This document shows, in pieces, positions 39,122-49,066 of a stretch of DNA of 64,000 bases. The position numbers and the translations under genes are program-made. The notes beneath the pieces were generated by a model, which was not told the origin of the DNA, did not search any database, and was given only the letters and a program-made list of their open reading frames with translations. Origin of the DNA: an uncultured Bacteroidota bacterium. Its GTDB lineage: Bacteria > Bacteroidota > Ignavibacteria > UBA10030 > UBA6906. Where the stretch lies: NCBI GenBank assembly GCA_963700635.1, contig CAVOYH010000004.1, positions 448,001-512,000 of the forward strand, in the 5' to 3' direction. Every line of letters begins with the position of its first letter. Positions within the stretch are counted from its first letter, which is position 1.

Positions 39122-41082
39122 TCGGTATGACCACACTGCTCCATCTGGCGATCGCCTTTATTGCTCCGCTCCTGCTCACGCTGGTCCTGACACCACTTGT
39201 GATCAAGCTGGCGCATGCTGTCGGTGCAATCGACCGCCCCAATGCGCGCAAGGCACATACGGTGGCCACCCCGCGCCTCGGCGGCCTTGCCGTTAGCGTG
39301 GCATTCGCGACTTCACTCGTACTGTTGCTGGCATTTGATACCGTTCTGCCGTTTCCGGTGTGGATAACAGGGTCACGCGGTATCATGCTGGGCATCGCGA
39401 TGATTATGGTGGTGCTCCTGGGAGTCTGGGATGATCTCCGGGATATTCGCCCTTCACAGAAATTCCTCGTGCAGATACTTCTCGCGAGTCTCGTGTATGT
39501 TGCCGGATTCCACGTCTCGGGCATCACGGATCCCTTCGGCGAGGGGAAGATCAATCTCGGCGCCCTGGACTACTTCGTAACGGTGTTCTGGATCGTCGGG
39601 GTTACGAACGCCATCAATCTGGTGGACGGACTCGACGGGCTTGCCGCAGGTGTTGCGGGGATTGCCCTCCTGACGATGTTTCCGATCGCGCTGTTGCAGA
39701 ACGATGCAGGCACTGCGATCATTGCACTGGTTCTTGCAGGAGCCGTCTTCGGTTTCCTGCGGTACAATTTTTATCCCGCCCGGGTATTCCTCGGTGATTC
39801 GGGCAGCCTGTTTCTGGGATTTATGCTCGCCGTCCTTTCGTTGCAGAGTTCCACAAAAAGCACCACGGCTTTCGCCATCCTGATTCCCCTGGTTGCGCTG
39901 GGCCTTCCGATTATGGATACACTTCTTTCCATGGTCCGTCGGCTCCTGCGTTCATTCATGCATCATGGACCCCGCAGGGAAGGACAAAAGGGCCGGTGGG
40001 GCGCAATGTTCATTCCCGACCGCGAACATATCCATCATCAGCTGCTCGCGCGGGGATTGTCGCAGCGGCGTGTCGTGCTCCTCCTGTATCTGGTTTCATG
40101 TTCCCTCGGGATCGGCGCGTTTGCCATCACGATTGCGAACAACGCAGAAGCGTCTCTCATTCTTGTCGTGGTGGGAATCGCTCTCGTGTTGGGAGTCCGG
40201 CAACTCCGATACCGGGAAATCGCCGTACTTCAGAATGGGGTCTTCCTTCCCCTTTTTGATCTGCGCCTGCTGAACAGGAATGTGTTCCAGGTGTTTCTGG
40301 ATATCGTCTTTATTATCGCATCCTATGGCGTTGCGCACCTGATCCACGACGGAGTGAACCATGCGCACGACATCCAGCGAGACTTTGTCGTGACCGTTGC
40401 CCTGGTGAGTCTCATCCAGTTTCTTGTCTTCTGGCTTCGTGGAACGTACCGGTTCACCATGCGGCAATTCGGACTCGGGGACGCACTGGCCATCACCAAG
40501 ACCACATTTCTTGCTGTTACATTGTGCGGTTTGGGGCTCGCGCTTTTGTCATCGGCGGTGCCGCACGTCGACCTAACAACGTTGATGCTCGATTTCTATT
40601 TGTTGCTCACCTGTACCATAGGGTCCCGCTTTTCGTTCCGCGTGCTGCACCATATCTTCAAGAAGAACAGGAGCGGAAAAAGAAACGTCCTTATTTACGG
40701 GGCCGATCGTGATGGCGTGTTCGCACTCCAAAGGCTTCTGGATTCAGAGGGAGCAATCCTTGCGCCCGCGGGCTTTCTGGACGATCGCCCGAGCCTGGAG
40801 GGGAAACATGTGAACGGCTATCCGGTATTCGGCGGACACTGGATGCTGGAGCGGCTGGTCTATAGCAAGAGCATCCAAGAGGTGCTCATTTCGAGTGACG
40901 ATATCAAGCCGGAGGTCCAGCGAAGACTTATGAAGAAAGCCCGTGCACTTGGACTGACGGTGCGACGGCTGAATATAGGATTTGATGAAGTGTTCTCACC
41001 GGCCGGTGGCGTCGTGTATGCAGGTATGCCGTCGCTCGTTGATCCAAAGGTAGTTAACAGCAGGATTGATCTCCGGCAATAA
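39118..41082 (+). CDS. WecA/TagO (MraY-like) phosphoglycosyl transferase fused to a membrane plus Rossmann (CoA_binding_3-like) module
   Basis: DRPNARKAH...PRLGG, GVWDD, NAINLVDGLDGLA, FLRYNFYPARVFLGDSGS, PDREHIHH. C-terminal NVLIYGA, GFLDD, GYPVFG. Confidence 0.88.
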   Translation: MIGMTTLLHLAIAFIAPLLLTLVLTPLVIKLAHAVGAIDRPNARKAHTVATPRLGGLAVSVAFATSLVLLLAFDTVLPFPVWITGSRGIMLGIAMIMVVLLGVWDDLRDIRPSQKFLVQILLASLVYVAGFHVSGITDPFGEGKINLGALDYFVTVFWIVGVTNAINLVDGLDGLAAGVAGIALLTMFPIALLQNDAGTAIIALVLAGAVFGFLRYNFYPARVFLGDSGSLFLGFMLAVLSLQSSTKSTTAFAILIPLVALGLPIMDTLLSMVRRLLRSFMHHGPRREGQKGRWGAMFIPDREHIHHQLLARGLSQRRVVLLLYLVSCSLGIGAFAITIANNAEASLILVVVGIALVLGVRQLRYREIAVLQNGVFLPLFDLRLLNRNVFQVFLDIVFIIASYGVAHLIHDGVNHAHDIQRDFVVTVALVSLIQFLVFWLRGTYRFTMRQFGLGDALAITKTTFLAVTLCGLGLALLSSAVPHVDLTTLMLDFYLLLTCTIGSRFSFRVLHHIFKKNRSGKRNVLIYGADRDGVFALQRLLDSEGAILAPAGFLDDRPSLEGKHVNGYPVFGGHWMLERLVYSKSIQEVLISSDDIKPEVQRRLMKKARALGLTVRRLNIGFDEVFSPAGGVVYAGMPSLVDPKVVNSRIDLRQ

Positions 41083-41109
41083 TGTTCGACCACAAGCGAT
41101 AGGATCCTC

Positions 41110-42930
41110 ATGTATATCCTCGGCATATCTTGTTATTATCACGATTCGGCGGCCGCACTTATCAGAGACGGCAAGATTGTCGCCGCTGCGCAGGAAGAGC
41201 GGTTTACGCGAAAACGCCATGACTTCAATTTTCCTTCAGAGGCAATTGCTTTCTGCCTCAAGGAGGCGGGCATAACGGCGAAAGACCTGTCCTATGTAGT
41301 GTTCTATGACAAGCCTCTCCTTAAATTTGAGCGTATTCTGGAAACGTACCTGGCCACCGCACCCAAAGGGATCCGCTCGTTCCTGATGGCAATGCCTCTC
41401 TGGTTGAAAGAGAAGCTCTGGATTCCGTCACTCATCACGGATAGCCTGGGTGTTGATGTCCCCTTACTCTACACGGAACATCATGAATCGCACGCGGCGT
41501 CCGCATTTTATCCTTCTCCGTTTGAGCGGGCGGCTTTTCTTACACTTGACGGAGTCGGCGAATGGGCTACCACAAGCTACGGGGTCGGTGAAGGGAACAC
41601 GCTCTCGATACATGGCGAGTTGAACTTCCCCCACTCCATCGGGCTGCTCTACTCGGCATTCACATATTTTACGGGATTCAAAGTGAATTCCGCCGAATAC
41701 AAAGTCATGGGACTCGCTCCGTACGGCGAACCCCGGTACGTCCAGCGTATTTATGATCACCTGATCGACCTGAAGGAAGATGGATCATTCAGGATGAATA
41801 TGGACTACTTTGATTATTGTTCCGGACTCCGGATGACCAATGACCGGTTTGCAGAGGTTTTTGATGGCCCCGCGCGTCAACCGGAATCAAAACTTACCCA
41901 GCGTGAGATGGATCTTGCACGGTCGCTTCAGGAAGTCACCGAGGAGATTATGCTGCGCATGGCGCGACACGTTCAGAAACAAACCGGTGAAAAGAATCTG
42001 GTTCTGGCCGGAGGCGTAGCACTCAATTGCGTGGGCAATGGACGTTTGCTCCGTGAAGGACCGTTTGAAAACATCTGGATCCAGCCGGCGGCCGGTGATG
42101 CGGGAGGTGCGCTTGGCGCAGCACTGTTCGCCTGGTACGGTTACCTGAAAAACCAACGGGATGTTTCTCCGGAAAAGCAGGATGCGCAAGCCGGATCGTA
42201 CCTCGGACCGGCGTACTCCGATGAGGAAATCGAACACTATCTCCAGATGAACGAAATCGAATATCGCAAAGTCAGCGAGGATGAACTCGCCGAGGAGACT
42301 GCGGAACTCATCGCGAATGAGAACGTCATCGGATGGTTTCAGGGTCGTATGGAGTTTGGCCCGCGGGCGCTCGGTGCACGGAGTATCCTGGGCGATGCAC
42401 GCTCCACCAAAATGCAGTCCATTATGAATCTGAAGATCAAATACCGGGAATCGTTCCGTCCGTTCGCTCCTTCGGTCCTCGAAGAAAACGTTTCCGAGTA
42501 CTTCCAGATCAATACCCCGAGTCCGTATATGCTGCTCGTGGCGGGTGTCACGGAAGACCGACGGATCCCGATGACGGACGATCAGGAACGGCTCTTCGGC
42601 ATTGACAAACTCAATGTGTCGCGGTCTGATATACCTGCGGTAACGCATATCGACTATTCCGCACGAGTCCAGACCGTGTCACGGGAGACCAATCCTCTGT
42701 ACTATGATCTTATCAAGGCGTTCGGACGCAAGACCGGGTGCCCGGTGATCATCAATACATCATTCAATGTTCGCGGAGAACCCATCGTCTGTCGTCCGGA
42801 AGAAGCATACAAATGTTTTATGCGAACAGAGATGGACTATCTGGTGATGGGCAACTTTATCATCGCGAAAACGGCACAGAAACAACTCGAAGAGGACAGC
42901 AATTGGAGAAAGGAGTTCCAGCTTGACTGA
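41110..42930 (+). CDS. Carbamoyltransferase (NodU/CmcH/SxtI family)
   Basis: ILGISCYYHDSAAA, AQEERFTRKRHD, EHHESHAASAF, TLDGVGE, EYKVMGLAPYG, AGGVALNC, QPAAGDAG, FQGRMEFGPRALGARSI, KYRESFRPFAP, NTSFNVRGEPIV. Confidence 0.96.
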   Translation: MYILGISCYYHDSAAALIRDGKIVAAAQEERFTRKRHDFNFPSEAIAFCLKEAGITAKDLSYVVFYDKPLLKFERILETYLATAPKGIRSFLMAMPLWLKEKLWIPSLITDSLGVDVPLLYTEHHESHAASAFYPSPFERAAFLTLDGVGEWATTSYGVGEGNTLSIHGELNFPHSIGLLYSAFTYFTGFKVNSAEYKVMGLAPYGEPRYVQRIYDHLIDLKEDGSFRMNMDYFDYCSGLRMTNDRFAEVFDGPARQPESKLTQREMDLARSLQEVTEEIMLRMARHVQKQTGEKNLVLAGGVALNCVGNGRLLREGPFENIWIQPAAGDAGGALGAALFAWYGYLKNQRDVSPEKQDAQAGSYLGPAYSDEEIEHYLQMNEIEYRKVSEDELAEETAELIANENVIGWFQGRMEFGPRALGARSILGDARSTKMQSIMNLKIKYRESFRPFAPSVLEENVSEYFQINTPSPYMLLVAGVTEDRRIPMTDDQERLFGIDKLNVSRSDIPAVTHIDYSARVQTVSRETNPLYYDLIKAFGRKTGCPVIINTSFNVRGEPIVCRPEEAYKCFMRTEMDYLVMGNFIIAKTAQKQLEEDSNWRKEFQLD

Positions 42931-43333
42931 TATGAAGATCAATGCGTCGGACCGTGAGGTCCGGAAGTTTGGTATCATGTTCAGCATTATCTGTCTTGCC
43001 ATCGCGGCCTTCAGCTTGTACAGGAGCGGCACCGTGTGGCCCTGGTTTCTGGGGGGAAGCGGGCTTTTTGCCATCGGCGGACTGGTCCTTCGTTCTGCTC
43101 TCCGACCTGTCTACATCGGCTGGATGAAATTTGCCTTCGTCCTGGGCTGGATTAACACGCGGTTGATACTTGGTCTGTTTTTCTATGGTATCCTCACGCC
43201 GCTGGGAGTGATCATGCGCATATTCGGCTGGGACCCCCTCACACGCAAGATTGATCGCCAGGCCCCTTCGTACTGGGTGAAACGTGGTCCGGAAACGGCA
43301 TTCGATCCCAAAAAGTATGAACGGCTCTTTTAG
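42923..43333 (+). CDS. SxtJ-family membrane protein
   Basis: RKFG, TM helices, WMKFA..LGWINTRLILGLFFY.ILTPLG..MR..G.DPL..K...SYW. Directly after the carbamoyltransferase. Confidence 0.85.
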   Translation: MTDMKINASDREVRKFGIMFSIICLAIAAFSLYRSGTVWPWFLGGSGLFAIGGLVLRSALRPVYIGWMKFAFVLGWINTRLILGLFFYGILTPLGVIMRIFGWDPLTRKIDRQAPSYWVKRGPETAFDPKKYERLF

Positions 43334-43385
43334 CTTTGCACAAATGTCTGGATATCCGAATTTCACAAAACTGTTAGGAGAAAAT

Positions 43386-43553
43386 ATGGGCACATCTGGA
43401 AAACTGTCGGTCCTGAGTGGCTTATGGGACTTTATGAAAATCAGAAAAAAGTGGTGGCTTGGTCCCATCATCGGGATGCTGCTGATGTTAGGGTTGCTGC
43501 TGGTCTTTACGCAGGGATCAGCCCTCGCGCCATTTATCTATACATTGTTTTGA
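43386..43553 (+). CDS. DUF5989/SxtK-like small membrane protein (55 aa)
   Basis: AGGAG RBS. LWDFMKIRKKWWLGPII, one TM helix, then QGSALAPFIYTLF-stop. Confidence 0.88.
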   Translation: MGTSGKLSVLSGLWDFMKIRKKWWLGPIIGMLLMLGLLLVFTQGSALAPFIYTLF

Positions 43554-43609
43554 TACCCGGTGGCGCAACCCGGAGTCCATCAGATCTTTTGCATTCAGAA
43601 AAGGGAGCT

Positions 43610-44701
43610 ATGAAAGCAGAACTTGTCCTTGAAGACGGCTATCGATGTGAAGGCACCGCCTTCGGCGCCCCCGCTTCAACAGCGGGGGAGGTGGTGTTCA
43701 ACACCGGCATGGTGGGCTACCCCGAATCCATGACCGACCCGTCCTATGCCGGACAGATTCTTGTCCTGACATATCCGCTGGTTGGAAACTACGGAATTCC
43801 TGTCAACGGGAAACCGGAGGAGCATCTTGATCTGATATCGCGGCACTTTGAAAGCTCCCGGATTCACATCCGCGCCCTGGTCGTGTCCCGGCTGTCTGCC
43901 GGATACAGTCACTGGACCGCGGTTGACTCCCTCTCGTCCTGGATGCAGCGCCACAATATCCCGGGAATTCACGGTGTTGACACACGCGCTCTGACAAAAC
44001 GTCTGCGGTCCAAAGGGTGCATGCTCGGGAAAGTTGTTGTGGCTGACAACGATACCGGGTGGGACGATCCCAACGTTCGAAATATTGTAGCAGATGTCAG
44101 CATCCCCGAGCCTCAGTGGTTTCAGGCCGAGGGGGACAAAAAGGTCGTCCTTGTTGACCTCGGGTGCAAAGACAACATTGTCCGGAGTCTTATCCGGCGT
44201 GGGATCAATGTGCTGAAGGTTCCGTGGGACTATGATTGGACGGGAGAAGATACTGACGGTGTCTTTCTGTCCAATGGCCCGGGTGACCCGAAGAAATGCG
44301 AAGAGACTATTCGGATACTCCGGAAAGGATTTGAGCGGGATATTCCCATTTTTGGAATCTGTCTGGGCCACCAGATGATGGGCCTCGCGGCAGGGGGTGA
44401 TACGTATAAACTTAAGTTCGGTCACCGCGGGCAGAACCAGCCCTGCATCGAAGTCGGAACAAAACGGTGTTACGTGACATCACAAAATCATGGATTTGCG
44501 GTTGATGAACGCAGCTTGCCCCCGGAATGGTCTCCATGGTTTTTTAATGCAAATGACGGAACAAACGAAGGTATCCGTCACCGCGGCCGCAGCCTTGCTT
44601 CCGTTCAGTTCCATCCCGAAGCGCGGCCCGGGCCATCAGACACAGACCACCTTTTTGACACGTTTGCGAGATCATTGACCCATGCCATCCACAGCGCGTA
44701 A
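43610..44701 (+). CDS. carA: Carbamoyl-phosphate synthase small subunit
   Basis: GEVVFNTGMVGYPESMTDPSY.GQIL, GVDTRALTK, LSNGPGDP, GICLGHQ, KFGHRGQNQP, TSQNHGFAV, VQFHPEA.PGP. Confidence 0.97.
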   Translation: MKAELVLEDGYRCEGTAFGAPASTAGEVVFNTGMVGYPESMTDPSYAGQILVLTYPLVGNYGIPVNGKPEEHLDLISRHFESSRIHIRALVVSRLSAGYSHWTAVDSLSSWMQRHNIPGIHGVDTRALTKRLRSKGCMLGKVVVADNDTGWDDPNVRNIVADVSIPEPQWFQAEGDKKVVLVDLGCKDNIVRSLIRRGINVLKVPWDYDWTGEDTDGVFLSNGPGDPKKCEETIRILRKGFERDIPIFGICLGHQMMGLAAGGDTYKLKFGHRGQNQPCIEVGTKRCYVTSQNHGFAVDERSLPPEWSPWFFNANDGTNEGIRHRGRSLASVQFHPEARPGPSDTDHLFDTFARSLTHAIHSA

Positions 44702-47700
44702 AATTCTTATCCTCGGCAGCGGGGCCCTGAAAATCGGTGAAGCCGGCGAATTTGATTACTCGGGAAGTCAGGCCCTCAAAGCTCTGAAAGAGGAGGGAAT
44801 CACCACGGTCCTGGTGAACCCGAATATCGCTACGATTCAGACGTCTGAATCACTGGCCGACAAGGTGTACCTCCTGCCCGTAAACCCGGAGTTCGTCACC
44901 GGAGTCATCGCCAAGGAACGGCCGGACGGAATCCTCATCGGATTTGGGGGGCAGACCGCACTCAATTGTGCTCTCACGCTCGCTGATACAGGAGTCCTCA
45001 AGGAATATGGCGTCGAGGTTCTCGGAACTCCAATCCAGACGATCAAGGACACGGAAGACCGGCAGCTCTTTATCCAGCGCCTCGGAGAGATCGATGTGCA
45101 CACTCCGCGATCACAGGCGGTGACGACCGTGCGGGACGCACAGAAGGTAGCCGAATCGATCGGATACCCGATCATGGTACGGGCGGCATTTGCGCTCGGC
45201 GGACTGGGTTCGGGCATGTGCGCGGATGAGAAGGAACTCGAAGACCGCGTCCGAAAGGCCTTTGCCCATTCACCCCAGGTGCTCATCGAAGAGTACCTGA
45301 GCGGCTGGAAAGAGGTGGAATACGAGGTTGTGCGAGATGCCTTTGACAATTGTATCACGGTCTGCAACATGGAGAATGTGGATCCGCTTGGAATCCACAC
45401 CGGGGAGAGTATCGTTGTGGCCCCCAGTCAGACACTCACGGATGCGGATTATCACCACCTCCGGGAAGTGGCCATACGGACGATCCGGCATCTGAAAGTG
45501 GTGGGTGAATGTAACGTGCAGTTTGCGCTGGATCCATACTCCGACCGGTACAGGGTTATCGAGGTGAATGCCCGGCTGAGCCGGAGTTCAGCCCTGGCGT
45601 CAAAGGCCACAGGATACCCCCTTGCGTATGTCGCGGCCAAACTCTCGCTGGGATACAGTCTCACCGAGCTGCGGAATTCAGTGACGCGCACGACGACCGC
45701 ATGTTTTGAACCGGCTCTGGATTACGTGGTGGTGAAGATGCCGCGGTGGGACCTCAAGAAGTTCCGCAACGTCGCCACGCAGCTTGGATCAGCGATGAAG
45801 TCCGTGGGCGAAGTGATGGCTATCGGACGGAACTTCGAAGAGGCGCTTCAGAAGGCACTACGCATGCTTGAGATTGGCGTGGACGGGCTTGTTGCAACTC
45901 CCGGCCCTCACTTCCAGGAGCTTGATGAAGCACTCGCAAAACCGGGCACCGAACGTGTGTTTGCCCTTCCGCAGGCGGTACGGGCAGGATATTCCATTGA
46001 ACGAATCAGATCGTTAACGCACATCGATCCCTGGTTTCTTCAGGCGATTGCCTCCCTTGTTGATGTTGAACGCAGACTGGAATCCTACCGGGGCGGGCAC
46101 TGTCCGAATGAATTGCTCCGCGAGGCGAAGCGGGCCGGGTTCTCCGATAGTCAGATTGCACGGATTCTTACGCTGGACGAGGCGACGGTACGAAGGATAC
46201 GGCATAATGCGGGGATCGTGCCTCACATCAAACAGATTGACACGCTTGCGGGCGAATATCCGGCCCAGACGAACTACCTGTACATGACCTATGACGCATC
46301 CGAAGATGATGTGGAGTGCACGCAACAGAAAAACGTGTTATTACTCGGGTCCGGTGCGTACCGGATAGGCAGTTCGGTTGAATTCGACTGGTGTTGCGTT
46401 AACGCCTCAAAGTCGCTCAGGAAACTCGGATACCGCTCCATCCTCCTCAATTACAACCCGGAAACCGTCAGCACGGACTACGACATCTGCGACCGGTTGT
46501 ACTTCGACGGCATCAATCTGGAGACGGTGCTCGATATTTACGAGCGTGAAAAGTGTATCGGGGTTATTGTCTCCGTGGGGGGACAGATCCCGAACAATCT
46601 TGCGCTGCGGTTACATGAGGCCGGCGTTCGTGTGCTTGGGACCTCACCTATTGATATTGACAGAGCAGAGGATCGCCACAAATTCTCGAGCCTCCTGGAT
46701 GAAATCGGCGTCGCCCAGCCGGAGTGGCAGGAAACATCCTCGTTCGAAGAGTCGCAGGCATTTGCCGAGTCCGTGGGATACCCGGTGCTGATCCGACCGT
46801 CGTATGTGCTGAGTGGTGCGGCGATGGGGGTCGCGACCACCAGGGAGGAACTCCAGGTGTTTCTTGAAAAGGCCGCGGAAGTCTCTCCACGCCATCCCGT
46901 GGTGATATCCAAGTTTTATGAGAATACCCGGGAGATCGAAGTGGACGCCGTGGGAGCGTTCGGCCACCTGCTCACCATGGCAATTTCGGAACATGTGGAG
47001 AACGCAGGGGTTCATTCGGGTGATGCGACGCTTGTCGTTCCGCCACAACGCACATACCTGGAAACATTACGCCGGATCCGCGCGATCACGGAAAAGATCG
47101 CGAAGGCGCTGTATATAACCGGTCCGTTTAATATCCAGTATCTGTCCAAAGGAACGGATGTCCGGGTCATTGAGTGTAATCTGCGGGCATCCCGGAGTTT
47201 TCCGTTTGTCTCGAAGATTTACAAACGTAACTTCATTGAAATGGCAGTCACGGCTATGGTCGGGGGTGATCTGGGGATCTCCGAAAACCATCTCTATGAA
47301 CTTGATTACGTCGGCGTAAAAGCTCCACAGTTCTCATTCACCCGCCTGCAGGGCGCCGATCCCACCGTCGGGGTTGAAATGGCATCGACGGGAGAGGTTG
47401 GCTGTGTGGGGGATGATTTTGAAGAAGCGTTCCTCAAATCGCTGATTTCGGTCGGATTCCGTTTCCCCATCAAGCGTGTGTTACTCTCCACGGGGCCTCT
47501 TGTGGACAAAGTCGCATTTCTCGATAGCGCCCGGCTGATGGACGCAATGGGCATCGAATTTTTTGCCACATCGGGTACTGCGGAATTCCTTGCCTCCTAC
47601 GGGTTCGCCGTGACAGTGGTGCACTGGCCGTCCGAGGGAAAAGAACCGGACGCCGGTCACCTGATCGAACAGAAACTGGTTGACCTGGTTATCAATATCC

Positions 47701-47873
47701 CGAAGAATTTTCAGGAAAGTGAACTTACCAACGACTATGTCATCCGTCGTAAGGCGGTGGATTTCGGCATTCCGTTGCTGACAAACATCCAGCTTGCAAA
47801 CCGGCTTGCCGAGGCGTTGTCCCGAAAAACAATGGGGGATCTTCAAATCAAGGAACTTCAGGCATACGGATGA
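44682..47873 (+). CDS. carB: Carbamoyl-phosphate synthase large subunit
   Basis: GSGALKIGEAGEFDYSG, NPNIATIQT, GIHTGES, EVNARLSRSSALASKATGYP, IGSSVEFDW, RPSYVLSG, HVENAGVHSGDA, C-terminal MGS domain. 1063 aa. Confidence 0.97.
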   Translation: MPSTARKILILGSGALKIGEAGEFDYSGSQALKALKEEGITTVLVNPNIATIQTSESLADKVYLLPVNPEFVTGVIAKERPDGILIGFGGQTALNCALTLADTGVLKEYGVEVLGTPIQTIKDTEDRQLFIQRLGEIDVHTPRSQAVTTVRDAQKVAESIGYPIMVRAAFALGGLGSGMCADEKELEDRVRKAFAHSPQVLIEEYLSGWKEVEYEVVRDAFDNCITVCNMENVDPLGIHTGESIVVAPSQTLTDADYHHLREVAIRTIRHLKVVGECNVQFALDPYSDRYRVIEVNARLSRSSALASKATGYPLAYVAAKLSLGYSLTELRNSVTRTTTACFEPALDYVVVKMPRWDLKKFRNVATQLGSAMKSVGEVMAIGRNFEEALQKALRMLEIGVDGLVATPGPHFQELDEALAKPGTERVFALPQAVRAGYSIERIRSLTHIDPWFLQAIASLVDVERRLESYRGGHCPNELLREAKRAGFSDSQIARILTLDEATVRRIRHNAGIVPHIKQIDTLAGEYPAQTNYLYMTYDASEDDVECTQQKNVLLLGSGAYRIGSSVEFDWCCVNASKSLRKLGYRSILLNYNPETVSTDYDICDRLYFDGINLETVLDIYEREKCIGVIVSVGGQIPNNLALRLHEAGVRVLGTSPIDIDRAEDRHKFSSLLDEIGVAQPEWQETSSFEESQAFAESVGYPVLIRPSYVLSGAAMGVATTREELQVFLEKAAEVSPRHPVVISKFYENTREIEVDAVGAFGHLLTMAISEHVENAGVHSGDATLVVPPQRTYLETLRRIRAITEKIAKALYITGPFNIQYLSKGTDVRVIECNLRASRSFPFVSKIYKRNFIEMAVTAMVGGDLGISENHLYELDYVGVKAPQFSFTRLQGADPTVGVEMASTGEVGCVGDDFEEAFLKSLISVGFRFPIKRVLLSTGPLVDKVAFLDSARLMDAMGIEFFATSGTAEFLASYGFAVTVVHWPSEGKEPDAGHLIEQKLVDLVINIPKNFQESELTNDYVIRRKAVDFGIPLLTNIQLANRLAEALSRKTMGDLQIKELQAYG

Positions 47874-49066
47874 GCACAGGTACGACTTCACCCGCAGGCC
47901 TGTCCTCACGGCTCCGGAACGGAACGCGGACGGTGGTATTGACGACAGTGAGTTGTATCGTCGCGCTTCTCTTTCTCGAAGGGGTGGTCCGCATGATCGA
48001 GCCCCGCGAAGTGATGCGCTACTTCTTCATGTCCTCGGATCCCATTGTGCATCACCGATTCACCCCGGGAGCATCGGGACATTACAAGACCACTGAATTT
48101 GACGTCGTGTATACTATCAATCAGCAGGGTCTGCGTAATCCCGAAACCACACTCCGGAAGCCGGCGGGAACAGGGCGTATCCTCATGCTCGGGGACTCCT
48201 TCACGGAAGGGGACGGCGTGGAATACCATGAAACATTCTCCAGCCGTCTTCAGCAGATGCTTGACTCGGCGGAGATACAAAAACACTGGGAGGTGATTAA
48301 TGCAGGAGTGGGAAGCTACGCGCCCATGGTGGAGTACCTGTATCTGATCAACGGCGGACTGGCGCTCGAACCTGACATTGTCATCCTGAATTTGGATCTT
48401 TCAGACTTTTTTGATGATCTCGGGTATGCCAGCACTGCACGTCTGGACGTCCGTGGTGTTCCGATTGCAGCAGGAGTGGAGGAGGAGAAGCGGCCGGATT
48501 CCTGGATCGCCGCGGGATTGGTGAATATCAAGGATTTTTTCAAAGAACACACACGGCTGTATAACTTTGTCCGTCTACGGATCGACCGGTACCTGGAGGG
48601 GGCGAGGCACACGGTTGACATGTCGGGGAACATTAACAATGACAAGTACGCGATGTTCCGCCCGGGTTCTTCCGTTGTTCTGGAGCGTGATGGCGCGCTG
48701 ACATTCAAACACCTTCTCCTTATTCGTGACACACTCTCTTCAAGAGGTATAGAGTTCCGCATGAACGTGTATCCGTACGGTATCCAGGTGCATCCGCACG
48801 AATGGGCAGCCGGAAGAGAATTCTGGGGCTTTCGTCCGGACACCGTCTATGGGACGCAACCACAGAGTGAAATTGTGGCATGGGCAGCGCGGAACGGAAT
48901 CCCCATAACCAACATGTGTGAGGCATTCCGCTCGTCCAGTGTTTCGTCGTATCCCGTGTATTATGATTACAACGGACACTGGCGGCCTGTCGGGCATGAC
49001 ATCGTTGCGCGCGAGCTGTACCGGGACCTGCTGCCCCGCCTCCGGGGGAGGACAGACTATGAATAA
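47870..49066 (+). CDS. Membrane-anchored SGNH/GDSL-family protein 1
   Basis: N-terminal TM, INQQGLR, LGDSFTEG, INAGVGSY, C-terminal YDYNGHW..GH. Confidence 0.85.
   Translation: MSTGTTSPAGLSSRLRNGTRTVVLTTVSCIVALLFLEGVVRMIEPREVMRYFFMSSDPIVHHRFTPGASGHYKTTEFDVVYTINQQGLRNPETTLRKPAGTGRILMLGDSFTEGDGVEYHETFSSRLQQMLDSAEIQKHWEVINAGVGSYAPMVEYLYLINGGLALEPDIVILNLDLSDFFDDLGYASTARLDVRGVPIAAGVEEEKRPDSWIAAGLVNIKDFFKEHTRLYNFVRLRIDRYLEGARHTVDMSGNINNDKYAMFRPGSSVVLERDGALTFKHLLLIRDTLSSRGIEFRMNVYPYGIQVHPHEWAAGREFWGFRPDTVYGTQPQSEIVAWAARNGIPITNMCEAFRSSSVSSYPVYYDYNGHWRPVGHDIVARELYRDLLPRLRGRTDYE

Noticed and set aside
41110-43553. Saxitoxin gene cluster (sxtI/J/K-like genes)
   Set aside because: No sxtA, sxtG or other core toxin genes are present, and the context is polysaccharide biosynthesis.
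41887-44425. Long minus-strand ORFs (253, 203 and 249 aa)
   Set aside because: They lie antisense to well-supported genes, which is expected in GC-rich coding DNA.
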